63,146 nt of DNA, taken from contig NOWV01000211.1 in NCBI GenBank assembly GCA_003344405.1, positions 62,001 through 125,146 on the forward strand, written 5' to 3'. How positions within the stretch are numbered: the stretch's first letter is position 1; each line of letters starts with the position of its first letter. Position numbers and translations under genes: made by a program. Positions 30,812 to 44,400 of the stretch are shown here, piece after piece. The stretch comes from Trichoplax sp. H2. Taxonomy: Eukaryota. Under the pieces are notes generated by a model that made no database searches, was not told the DNA's origin, and saw only the letters and a program-made list of their open reading frames with translations.

Positions 30812-33643
30812 GTAGCTTTAGCAGATCGAGTGACTACGGCGTGGAAATTGATATTGTCATTTATTTTCAAAAATATCATCACTTAGACTAATTAATTATA
30901 ATTATTGTCTGCATTTTTTGGGACTCAACCAGCTCTAACTTTCATCTCATAATAGCTATAAATATAGGTAATTATAGGTGTTATGAATGCGTATAGATAT
31001 TTTATATTCTGGGAATGCAATTCTAATCTGTTCCATTAGTCAATTTCGTTGAGTCACGGATGATTTGATCAAAACATAAATGGAATTGTAGAAATTTTAT
31101 CGATGGTTCTGTTCCTTAACTTGATCTACCATAGCGGTTTTCACATTACGGAATAATCACGGAGTTAACTTACAATTATATGATAATCTTTATTTATCAG
31201 TTGAAAATCAAGACAAAATTAATTACCAGCATTTTATGATGATCTATTGATCTTATAGCGATCTTTCTACCTTATGCGAACCTCACCCACTTTCGTTACC
31301 CTTGCTTCTGAAGTTGCAAATAAAGCCAAAGAATTGTTAAGATTGCTACATTAGCAACACATAAAGAGCTTGATCTTTGAAGTAATCAACCAATGATGAT
31401 AACTGTATACGAGTATTAATTGCAAATGTTAGCCTAAACTGATGTCTGTATTCTATCCAAGTTAAATTCGTAATGGATACTACTGGGAGTCGTCGCCCTT
31501 ATATTTATTGATAGAGGATGCAGAATTGAGCATTAATGACTAGAACCTTTCTTATTTGATCAAGACTAAAGTGAAAATCACTGCAAGAAGCTCCCCTTCT
31601 TAGTGATTTGGCTTGAAATTAATATAGCGATTTAATAAAAGGATCTCTGACTTTCTTTATAACTCCGACAAGATTATCGTTATTCACAGGATGCAAGTTG
31701 CCTTGTCAGCTGGATTAAGTTTGAACAGTTTTGCAGTGCCAGAAAATTGTTAATGGAATGAGTACCAAGCCTGTTTATAAGTAATACGTGCTCCTAGCCG
31801 GCAGTCTAGCACGTAGTTTTTATCGGGATTAAAAGTCAAGACATTTAATTTGTTATACCTTAATTGTAGCTCAAGTAATTCGATGTACTAACTTGTCTCA
31901 GGTTTATGTCACGATAAAGTCATATTGGGTTTCATAATGTGGAGCTTTTACTGTTCTCTATGATAAAATTGGCATCACTCACCTATATCAGCTATTGTAG
32001 TATTACAAAAGCTTAACGGTTAATTATTTCTTGGTTGCAGTATGAATAATTTAATAGATCTTAGTCTCATATACTATATCATTTCTTTGATTTAGATTCA
32101 ACTAAACAGTTTAAGTTACGTAAGAAGAGAAGATGATACGAAATTTCAGATTTTATACATATACAGTACGTCCTCTAGAACCAACTACAAAATTTAGTAT
32201 AGTTTTAATAACATAATTTTGTTAAATTTTACACACAACAGTGGCCATATTATCTTTAAAGGTAATCACTGATGGTCTTAGAAATAAAAAAACAACACTA
32301 TGACAAAATACCTGTAGGAAAAAATAAAAATGCATATAATTTTTTCTATCAGTTCAGTTTTGATCTTATGAGGTAATAATTTCAAGATTTAGTATATTTG
32401 ACTAAACGCTCAAGAAATTATTAAGAAATAATACCTTGAGAAAGTTAAATATTTATATTTCAGCCTTTCTGTTTTTATTACCAACCCTTTTTACGCCTTA
32501 TCTTAAAAGTGTTACTCTGGAAACTTTATGAAATACCCCAATTATCAAAATGGCTTAATTTATATTTATCAAATGTACCTGTTAATCCAAATTACTTTAC
32601 GAAAAAGCTAAAGATAGGCTTCTTATTATTTATAGTCAATGTAGTAATTTAAACTTTCAAATAGATGAACCGTAATTAATTTCAAAAATATCTGAAAGTA
32701 TATATGCATATATGTTTATGCCTCAGTAACAGAATATTTGACGACTAAATGAGCAAGTTGATTCAAATTGTCATAAATATAAATCCTTGTCATATTCTCC
32801 ATTATAATCTTTAAGTTAAAGCAGCCAAATCATTAAAATATAGTTATTTTTTTATGTCCGACTCGGAATGCACCACTGTGTCTAATAATAAATATCATAA
32901 GCGTCAAATTGATCATGTGCTCAATAATGTGATTATTACATGTACAACCAATTTCTTAGACTACTACTTTTAGCTTTCAAGAAGACAACTAGAACAATGG
33001 CGATATTATTGGAATAGTCTACATCTGCTAGGAACAATCAAAGTAATTTCATTCGATTTTATCTTTAATTGACATAAATACTAAGCTAAAATAAGTATTA
33101 GAAATATAGAAATATAGGAAGATCGTATTTAATTTAAAAAAAATCTTTATGTCTCAATCCGATGAACAATAACATCATTATAATAAAGTTAAGTCAAGGA
33201 AAACGGAATTAAGTTACTCATTAAATAGATAGAAGAATTAGAGCAACGACATAAAAATTATAGCAGTTGAGAATAGCTGTAATATTATAATAGTAAACTG
33301 CAATTGATCAACTTATTTATCCACGGTTCGCCTATTATTTGTAATCGAGTAAATCATAGAATAGATAGCAAGTAGACTGTTTCCTATATCATGATGAGAA
33401 TACGACTGTATGAGCTTTGGAATACCGATACTTTAACGATTTCGATCCGAAAATGATATGATTGAATAAAGATACTGTCCGCATTAAATTATTTGAAAGA
33501 GCTTTACTGCTTATTTGCCCTGCTGAAGATGATGTTATAAACTATCCTGGATTTCTTTTCTCTACGTTCTCCTTATCCAAGTCTTGAATAAGTCGACCTA
33601 TGACTTTTAATATTCTCCATCTCTGCTGATTTTAGAAAGCAAG

Positions 33644-34602
33644 TGTTACAGTGTTAAATATCGTATTACAGTAGAAATAACTATGTTAGGATAATTCTGT
33701 TAGACTATCCTTATTTAGTTAACTTATAATTTGGATATACTGTATTTTAATATAGCACTGACTTTTTATGACAGNNNNNNNNNNNNNNNNNNNNTACCGT
33801 AAAGAAATAGCTATCTAAATTTAGTTAATATATTATAGTGATAATATATTATAACTAGTTACTTACAATAGGAATTACTCTAATTATAAATGTGTTACAG
33901 TAAATTTAATGCTGTGCTGTAATGTGCACTAAAATGATTCTGTGAATGGACATATTGTAGTCCGACTGTGAAGAATTAGTTAGTAGATGTTCTCACNNNN
34001 NNNNNNNNNNNNNNNNAACGATTTCGATCCGAAAATGATATGATTGAATAAAGATACTGTCCGCATTAAATTATTTGAAAGAGCTTTACTGCTTATTTGC
34101 CCTGCTGAAGATGATGTTATAAACTATCCTGGCTTTCTTTTCTCTACGTTCTCCTTATCCAAGTCTTGAATAAGTCGACCTATGACTTTTAATATTCTCC
34201 ATCTCTGTTGATTTTAGAAAGCAAGTTAAAGTGAAAATCTAAAGATATCACTGAGGGTGATATTAGAACTAGTTGTAATAATGTCACGGTACGAATTACC
34301 GTAAAGAAATAGCTATCTAAATTTAGTTAATATATTATAGTGATAATATATTATAACTAGTTACTTACAATAGGAATTACTCTAATTATAAATGTGTTAC
34401 AGTAAATTTAATGCTGTGCTGTAATGTGCACTAAAATGATTCTGTGANNNNNNNNNNNNNNNNNNNNTTAAGTCTTTGTGTAGTCTGCTAGTAGAGCAAA
34501 AGTGTTTGTGATAGTGCAGATATCGTTCCTTGATACGTGGTTCAAGGAATTGACTTATTGATCGTATATTGCGTTATCTTGTTGCAAAGCTGTTTTGTGA
34601 CA
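33644..34602 (+). mobile_element. Family B LTR ends (33644-33774 and 34468-34602) split by gaps; polymorphic insertion
   Basis: TGTTACA..TGTGACA with TSD GCAAG (33639-33643, 34603-34607). The empty site AAAGCAAGTTAAAG (GCAAG at 34221-34225) is in the intervening contig piece. Confidence 0.75.
33795..34447 (+). repeat. Gap-bounded redundant fragments (LTR A pieces 33795-33996 and 34282-34447; flank 34017-34225 duplicates ~33436-33643)
   Basis: Near-identical to neighbouring sequence and bounded by 20-N gaps; probably the alternate haplotype. Confidence 0.75.
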
Positions 34603-34663
34603 GCAAGTTAAAGTGAAAATCTAAAGATATCACTGAGGGTGATATTAGAACTAGTTGTAATAA

Positions 34664-35099
34664 TGTCACCGTACGAACTACCGTAAAGAAATAGCTATCT
34701 AAATTTAGTTAATATATTATAGTGATAATATATTACAACTAGTTACTTACAATAGGAATTGCTCTAATTATAAATGTGTTACAGTAAATTTAATGCTGTG
34801 CTGTAATGTGCACTAAAATGATTCTGTGAATGGACATATTGTAGTCCGACTGTGAAGAATTAGTTAGTAGATGTTCTCACTTAAGTATTTTTTTAAGATG
34901 ACTTGTGAATGTTAGCTGCTGTAGAAGGGTGTATAAGCCCGTCAGATAGTTGAATAAAGCAGTTCTCAATTGTCTAGTTGAGTTTAACGTAGAATCAAAG
35001 GCGTCTAAATTCTTGAGAGTAGGGATACTGAATCCCGGAGACTATAGTAATGTAGAGATTTGTTTTACGTTATCCTTGTCACGAAGCTGGTTTGTGACA
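34664..35099 (+). mobile_element. Solo LTR, family A (~436 bp)
   Basis: TGTCAC..GTGACA termini, 5 bp TSD AATAA and an internal AATAAA. Its 3' part matches 18130-18406. Confidence 0.88.
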
Positions 35100-36396
35100 A
35101 ATAATTAATAAGATACACAGTAGATATTTCTGGTTCTCCTACTATCTCCAAATACTTATCAACATTAATTCCCGTGACAACTATGAATTTTTTCCTTCAG
35201 TTTTGCAGCAAATATGATATAGACTTGACGCATAAAGGATAGAATAGCGAATTCTCTTTATTGCGAAAAGTAACTCGCTTTTATACCTTCTATCTATATC
35301 CACGAGCAACTATATAACGTACCAGTATCTATATATACGTGAAAATTAATACTAATAAACGGCACAGTTGTCGTATATTCTTGGGCCTTAATTCATATCA
35401 CTTTATGTTCTAATTTAAAGAAGCGGTAGAACACGCATATAACACGAGCCAATCATGATTAGAACTTGATCTGAACTTCAAGCTGTCATATAACTCCGGT
35501 GTCTAACTGATTCACTTGTTCTTGCTGAAATACTAATTTGTTTCATAGGCTATAACTTTACAGCTAGCTATCACTGTATACGATCAATATAACGTATTTA
35601 TACTTAACGGCGATCTTCGACACCGTCGAAATACGCTAAATCGGTTTAAAATTTCTTGGCATATTACATTTATCATTATGCTGCAGTACAATATTACATT
35701 GTTGAAGTTATTCTAGTTTCTACTGTCAGTAATTGTCTATAATTCAATAATTAACATTTTTGGAGAATTCTGATGGTGAATATAAAATAATGGATAACTT
35801 ATATATTGTTGACTAATTGTCCATTTTGTCAGATCTTTGCCGTTGTTACTGGTCATTTATTTACAAATTAATAAATTCTTGCTTAGATAGTGAACAAGAA
35901 ATAATAACAAAATTTTTATTTCAGGTTATTTCATTTGACTTGATATAAACTGAGATATACTGAGAAATCTTATATAATATGTTGCTTGAAATTGCTTAAT
36001 TAAATAACTGAAAAATAGCTTCGTGGATCGAATTAATATCAAAACTTTTTAAAATCATTTTCACTTTATAACCTTTTTGTTAATGATACAGTATTTCATC
36101 GTTAAAGGTAGATATATTTAATATTCACAATAAGAAGTAATTAAAATGACCAATGTAACATAACTTAGACAGAATTTATTATGTAATCACGTATAATCTT
36201 AAGTATCTTAGCATAATAGTTAAGGCCTAGTAAGGAATTTTAACGAGACATTCTGTCATTACTGCATACGATATGCTTTAGGAATATCATCCTCTAGGTA
36301 TCCTAGAACAGGTATCTATGAAAAATGTTACTAGTATTTGTGATTAAATGCCTCAAAAATAATATAATAAGAACAATATACAACTTCTTATTAACT

Positions 36397-36945
36397 TGTC
36401 ACATTTTAAACTTTGCGACAAAGAAATATAAAGTAAAAGACTATTAGTAACGACTGACTTAAACGCTCTTTTACTAAACTTTAAACACACATAGCAAGGT
36501 ACCGTAAAGATAGAAATTTTATTAGCATAGACACATCTACAACTTTTTACAATATAGCTCAACTCAAATATTCTCGTTTACATTGGAAGCGTCTAATTTT
36601 TAAAATGACAACAGCATTACAATTATACCTTTCAAGGATGGCTGTCTCGAACTGAGATGTTCCTTATATAACTTTTCTATCAGTAAATATTTTTAACCTA
36701 TTACTCATACTTAATCTTAATCTAAGCATGTATGTTGTCTAGTCCAACTATCATTAGCTAGAAATTGAATCATTTTACTACTATCTACACTTAATAAGAA
36801 TCAATATCAAATATGTAATAAAATATCACAATAATATCAACGTTAAGCCATTACTTATCTTACCTAGCACTACAAATATGGATATTTTCCGTATTAGCTA
36901 CTAATGCACTGCTAAATATCCTAACGGTAAGATAGCACCGTAATA
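36397..36945 (-). mobile_element. Solo LTR, family E
   Basis: TGTCACA..CGTAATA with TSD TAACT; reverse-complement homology to 56078-57197. Confidence 0.8.
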
Positions 36946-37297
36946 TAACTCCGTTTTATTATACTAATTCGTTCTTTTAGTAGGAATATCCACTCTATCT
37001 TTGCGGTGTTAATATAATTTACTGTACATACACGCATATACGTCAAGTTACCAAGTTATTTGCCGGCGTTGAAATCTTTAATACACTGTATGGATTGTTT
37101 ATATTGCTCTTCCTTTACTGACATAGTTTGATCTAATTTTGACGATACCTAAGCATGGTAAAAGCATCACGGCTAGAATGCTATTTATTGTCGTGTGTAC
37201 TATTGATACAGTATATCCTTCAATAAATGCTAGCACCACCTTGATACCTTGGCTTGAAAAAGAAGATTAAGCTTGGGACTGCAATACAGTATCACCC

Positions 37298-37564
37298 TGT
37301 CACGGTACGAACTACCGTGAAGAAATAGCTATCTAAATTTGGTTAATATAATATAGTGATAATATATTACATCTAGTTCCTTACAATAGGAATTACTCTA
37401 ATTATAAATGTGTTACAGTAAATTTAATGCTGTGCTGTAATGTGTACTGAAATGATTCTGTGAATGGACGTATTGTAGTCCGACTGTGAAAAACTAGTTA
37501 GTAGATGTTCTCACCTAAGTATTTTTATAAGATGACTTGTGAATGTTAGCTGCTGTAGAAGGGT
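37298..37564 (+). mobile_element. 3'-truncated LTR, family A
   Basis: Starts TGTCACGGTACGAACTACCG and matches family A up to GTAGAAGGGTA, then diverges. Confidence 0.85.
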
Positions 37565-38232
37565 AGTAGGTTTAATGCATGAGATTACAGCATTGTTGGT
37601 CAACATAGCCAAAATAGGCGTTATCTGGTAAAATTATTAATAAAAAGTGGCATAATTATATTGGGCTATAGACTGCATAAATAGAATATGAAAGTTATTA
37701 TTGGTTAAGCTGAATTAGCTGAAGGTGTCTGTGGATCGAAATGATTAATATTGCAACCCATTTGACAACAACTAATGAAATATGTTTTCTAGAATCCATG
37801 TCCTATTTTTAGAAGCAGTCTAAAATTTTACCGTTAATGAACGCATCGAGATCTTGATACGTTAATACTGTATCTTGGATGTTAATACTCATATTCTAAT
37901 TAAAATATTCTGCTATTCCATTATTCTATTTTATACAATTTTACGTAAACAAGTTCATCAAATCGAACCCTTAAAAGTGTACGAGTAATAGCATTGACTT
38001 TGAGCATTTTTATGTTATTGACGAGTATTTTATCCCGAGACCATAACCTTGAAATTCTCCAATGAAACAGAGGTAGACAATAAATAGTATCTGTTCTGCA
38101 ACTTATAAAATTCATAATTTGCCAATGGGATGAATTATTCCATCTTCAATTATCGGTTTAATTATGTAACAAGCTATTCTACATAACAGCTAGTCTGATT
38201 CAATCTGGCATTAGTAGAATCTTACTAAGAAT

Positions 38233-38659
38233 TGTCACAAACCAGCTTCGTGACAAGGATAACGTAAAATAAATCTCTAAAATCTGCGAATTCAGTATCC
38301 CTACTCACAAGAATTTAGACGCCTTTGATTCTACGTTAAACTCAACTAGATAATTGAGAACTACTTATTTCAACTATCTGATGGGCTTATACACCCTTCT
38401 ACAGCAGCTAACATTCACAAATCATCTTATAAAAATACTTAGGTGAGAATATCTACTAACTAGTTTTTCACAGTCGGACTACAATATGTCCATTCACAGA
38501 ATCATTTTAGTGCACATTACAGCACATAATTAAATTTACTGTAACACATTTATAATTAGAGTAATTCCTTTTATAAGTAACTAGTTGTAATATATTATCA
38601 CTATATTATATTCGCCAAATTTAGATAGCTATTTCTTTACGGTAGTTCGTACCGTGACA
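38233..38659 (-). mobile_element. Solo LTR, family A
   Basis: Reverse complement of 34664-35099 with small indels; 4 bp TSD GAAT (38229-38232, 38660-38663). Confidence 0.88.
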
Positions 38660-41451
38660 GAATCCAGTGCTGCCTTGATTATAAAATAACTAATTATAGT
38701 CAGTATTTGACTGAATATAATTGATGTCTGATAAGACAAACATTTCTGCATAATATTTATATTATTAAAAACATCACCGAAGATATTAGAATGCTTTGAT
38801 ATTACCTCTAGATTATCATCTTTTCGTATCTATAAAATATTATATGCTCAGATAAATTGTACGAGTATAATGCCTCCACAGCCATATTCAACGATATACG
38901 TAACGAAAACGCAATATTAGTTACGGGTATTAAAAATTGCAAATATCAGGTGACCTGGATCTTTAGTAAATTGAAAGTATACGTAAATATCGGAAATCAA
39001 TAACGGCAGAGAACAATATTTACTCTTACTGTAAAGAAAATTAGAAATTAGAACAAACATCCGTTCGATAATTATTTATGGCTATTAATCATCAAATTGT
39101 TTATAATATCAAGTATTCACAGTAACGGAATGAATTAATCATTAAATGATCATGTTGTCGTTGTTTACTAGATTCAAAGGATTTTTTTTAGAAGACTGTA
39201 ACTATATTCCACATATTGAATTTGCTTATTTTTAGGTTATTTGGGATATTACCAACAATCCGAGATAATAATTATTAAATAGATTACTACCGCAAAAAGC
39301 ACCATCATTTTTTCTGTCATTGCAGTCGTTGTTGTAAAGTTACTACTCATATTCGAAAACCTCCAGAGATTGATAACAGCAAATAAGCCCAAAGTGACGA
39401 ACTATTCATTTATGAATGATCTCAGCTGAGAAACAATTAATGATTAAAATCATTAATTTCAAATTTTAAATAATTGAGGATACCACACATGTCATTATAC
39501 AGATATGATGACTACCTCATCATTCAGATAGCAACTAAGACATGATAATATGCATACTTATCAAAATGATTATTATTCGCAAACTAATCTAGTTTGCATA
39601 GTGTACGAATCGTAAAGTTAATTATAATCCAAATCTCCAATTTATAAGAGAAATAAAAGTAATTGTTCATAAGTTTAAAATTATGATATCCTTCTAACCC
39701 AAATATCGAGAGAAATTATAAATATGAGTACATTTAAATAATTTATATGATCTACGAGTATACTTGGATATCTATTTAAACACAATTAATAATTCTTTAT
39801 TATAACAATAGTTAATAATCAAATTTAAGATTAGTTATTGCATTTAATGCTGGATCACTCAAATTGGCAGAAGTGATCAAAGATTGTAATGGAAGTATCT
39901 GTACTAAAGCTATTATTAGTACTTTATTTCCGTGAAACAGCGTGCATGGCAAAACTATTTGCAGTCTAAAATGAATGATTTTCAATTCGAATTCGTAAGA
40001 ATTACTATACAATAAGGGTTTTTTAACCGAAGAAAAATATAAAATTTATAACTTTCGGTATTGTATTATTACGTTATTAAGACATTGATTTCTTAGTAAC
40101 GAGCAAAATTAAAATTTAAGAATTTATTGCTGGTATTATTGCTAAATTAGATTTATTTTTGAATTTGATCAAGTTTGCACTCAATAAATGAATATATCCA
40201 TTTCAAAAATAGTCTATATACGTATCAGGTAAATTACTTTCATGAACTTAGCTTAAAAACTTTATATTTAGTTAAAAATTTATAGTGCTGAGGTCACAGT
40301 TTAATAGCGAAAGTATCGTAAGGCCATAACATATATTTAAGTTAAAATTGATAGTAATTGATTAATTCATCCTCATCTTTGATGAAAGTAGCTCTTCCTG
40401 CAAAGTATAAACCTACGTTAGTGACGGTCTTATAGAGCTGCATATATGAATTAAAATTAACGATTTAAAGTGTGTATAAAATTTATTCTCCGCTGATCTT
40501 TTAATTAGTTAAAGATCTTTTTTTTAAACCTCTAAAGAACATAAGAAATATATGCTGATAAAGCACTAAAGGAACATCTATGCGTATACCCCAAAATCCT
40601 TTCCTGCCACGATTGTAGTATAGATTCAATTGCTTCATCTGCAAGTCTTTGATCATTTGAGCAACTTTGATCGGCAAGTTACTATCCTAAAATTGATCAG
40701 AAATAAAGAAATCCATTCATCGCACTTTTGCTGAGTATTGGTTTTAAAAGCAAACAATAGCTGTGAATAATTTTATATAAGTCACAGTCAATCGACAATT
40801 GAGCAGAAAAGCCAACAAATATATCATTCAGATGCATCATAATATCAAGCAATAGGTAACATTTAATATAGCAAATTTCAGTAACCTATTTCTATTTTAA
40901 AAATGGCCATAATACATTGATTAATTAATCATAGATTGTGTTCATCATGCATTCACGTGTGATAATTGATTAATAAAGTCCACGAGAACAAAAAGCCATT
41001 CCTAATTATTAAATACTTTAGTAAGTATAACAATTTAAGCTTATAGAACACAGCGATTCAAATATTTCTAATCATGAGATGACACATAAATAACATATTA
41101 TGGAAATAATCAATCCTATTGGTCCAAATATCTTGCCACATATTGAATAGCTACGCCTAGAATAACATCGGTCAGATATTAATTATCACTTATAATGCGT
41201 TCTCCTCAACAATGACAAGATAAGTTAAGTAGCAGCCAGCTCCCTTTCATTGCGCTATTGAATAGTCTATTCTTATCATGCCCTTCCTTTTAAGACCGTT
41301 AATTAATAAACAAATGTAAAAAGACCATTTTATTCATTTTCTCAACAAATTAGTTGCAGCATAAGCTATTTAGATTGCTACTTCATAAAAAATAACGCCA
41401 AAATTCGGTTTTAGAAAGTGTTGATTGCTACTGCTTTGCTATTTTATAACC

Positions 41452-44400
41452 ATGTTGAGAGTAATTTTGGTCTCAGTAATGATGGTTCTTGCTATGAGCT
41501 CTTCCTGCTGTGCTCTTGATAAAATTGAGCTAGGAATTATTGGTTTATTTCCTAAAAGTGACCCTGAAAGCAAATTAGCAGCGGAGATGGCAGTCCAAGA
41601 TATTAATAATGATCTGTCCATGCTGCCAATGGTTACATTCTTCCTTACACCTATCGAAGCTTATGTAAGTTTCAATTATGGTTTAGTAAACACAGTCCGA
41701 GCATTGATACTTTACATATTTTGCAGCATTTTTTAGTTATTTCGGTAGACATTCTAATCCTGGCCGTGATAAGAATTTCCATATGGTAACACTTACGGTG
41801 TTGTCATTTCTGAACTAACTAAAATACTTAGAAATTATTTTAGTCTTTAAGTCTAGTTTATAAATGGTAATGTATTTGAATGGAAACAATTTGCATTTGC
41901 ATTCCTTATTCGTACATTGCACCTCGAAAGTGTTAATCTAAACTATTTTCCATCGAAATTTGATAAAATAATTATGCAAGAGTTCTCTTTGCATTGCGCT
42001 TTTCTCCAGTTGCAATAGTTACGATCAATTAATTCTGGAATCCTTAATATTAGCTCATATGGCTGTCTAACAGTATAAAAATTTGAAGTTTATATCTTGA
42101 CAGAAAAGAATATTTAAGCAAAGTATCTATGGAACTTGAACACTTCTATTAAGTATACGCTAGGAAATATATTTAAGACTGTGCAACAAACATTCCTCAA
42201 CGGTATCGGTTACTGATGCCAGCAACTACCAAGAAATAAATTTTTAAAATGTAAAAAGAAACGTAGACAGTAGATGATAAAATAGGACAAAAGGCGAGAA
42301 ATTATTTGTTTCGGAATGATTTGTAAAACAGATACTATACTTGAGGCTGAACTACGTTAAGATGAAAGCATTTTATTCGCTATACGTAAATTGTACCAAT
42401 TTTGTAGAAAGAATCTGCATTAACTTACGATAGCTATAAGATGGTAAAAATGAAGTCAATCTATCTTGGAATAGATAATGATAAATTGAGAAATAGAGCT
42501 TGGGTAATGGAAAAAATCTATAAGTGGTTTAATAGGAAGTCTAACTTAGAAATAACTTCATCTTGTCAACTATCATCATTTTTATGAGATCTACCAAGTA
42601 ATGATACAGTATAGAGTTAATTTATAGTCTTTAAGAAAGAAGTAGGAAGTAAATAAAATTTGAATAAATCATACCTAATACACTAAGAAATGAACAAAGT
42701 GACTAAATAGTAAGAAAGTCATTTATCTTCTGAGGCTTCTTATTTTTGGCCAATATTACTCAGAGATAATTGAGATTTTCAGTATATTTCCCAAGGATTG
42801 TTATGAGAATATTCAACTATTGCTATATTCCTATTAACAAAAAACAGTCTACTTCTTTTACATGGGAATTCAACATCTTTCAGCATTTAAAGAACTTTCG
42901 ATAAAGGATAAAAGTACTTTAGATTATGATTTGTTAGTTTACTCGTTCTCAAGGTAAACAATAGAAAATCGGAAAATAGACCACATTGAAATTAAATTGT
43001 GTCCAAGACTAAAATTTTCTTAACCATCATAATGTTTATCATGCTGTCTCTGATAATTTAATCGATGCCACGTTCGCTAATGTGCCGTGCGCATTTTAGA
43101 ATCGTTGCTAAGATCTTAAATTGGAATTATCAAGACAACGTGAAACAATTAGGTCATAACTAAAATTGGATATTTATCGCCATTAATCGTATAACTTCCT
43201 TTTTTTAATCATTCTGTTTTTCCATGGGCTAATGCCAAAATGTGTCACAACGTTATTAGAATTACAAGCTACAACATGCCAATACAATTATAAAATAGTT
43301 TAATTTCATTCTTGACCAGAAGCTACCTACTCTACTTTCTTTGACTACCGTAACAGTAGCATTTCTATTCCTCTAATTGAATTTGGATTGTTTAATCATA
43401 CTCGTATATCAATAGTAATTCATATTACAATAAGACGATAAAAGTGATATGTAGACACTGATTAGTGTGTCAATAAATCCAAAAAAGAAATTCAATTACA
43501 TCTGTTATAGCATCTATTGAGTTGAATAGTCAAAAAGCTGGTTGCTTTTAAGTATAACATGATCCAAGATGGAATTTGTTCTGACTGCAACACCTGTCAT
43601 TTAGTATTTGTAAATCAAAGTTAAGGTTCAGAGGAATAATAGGTATAAAAATAGCAATAGTATAGTCATTACAGGCAAAGCTATTCTCAATGACTTGTTT
43701 TAAATCAAGAAATCCTTTGCTTTGCAGTAAACGTCGCCCAATTTAGGAGACTGCTATCTATTTACTATTATTTATGAAACGAATTGCTATCTTAAATAAC
43801 AACAGTAGACATAATGGTAGCTGCAATTGATTGCTTAGGTAGTGAAATAAATAAAATTGAAATGATGTATATCAAGAATATTGCAATTGCCCTTAATTAT
43901 TGCTAGTCCTCCTCTAGATGCTAACCTTTGAAATATGGTCTTTATTTAATTGCTAAACAAAAAATTGCCTAATATCAATAATTCAGTTAATCATTCATTA
44001 GCAATATAGATATACAACTACAATACGAAACGAAAGCAAAACTTTACAGCTGGAGATTATTACGATATTTTTTAGTTTTAGACTAAACAGTTCTTTGGAA
44101 ATAGTTCTAGGTATCGCCCTAGACAAATTTCTTTGCCTGTTTATTAATCTATAAAAGAGCAAATTGTAATTATCAATAAATTATTTTGACATTTACCTTC
44201 GCGTATTTGGTAGAGAATTTAGCGTATCGGTAGGACCCAAACATAGATTGATATCGGTCACATCGATGCGAGATAGGTGTAGATTATATTGCCAATTATC
44301 TAAACTACTTCTGTTATGATGTTCAGGCTAAATCTTAAAAATGTATAGAGAACAAATTAATAATCTATCAAGATTGTGATCGTACGTAAATTTAATTTGT

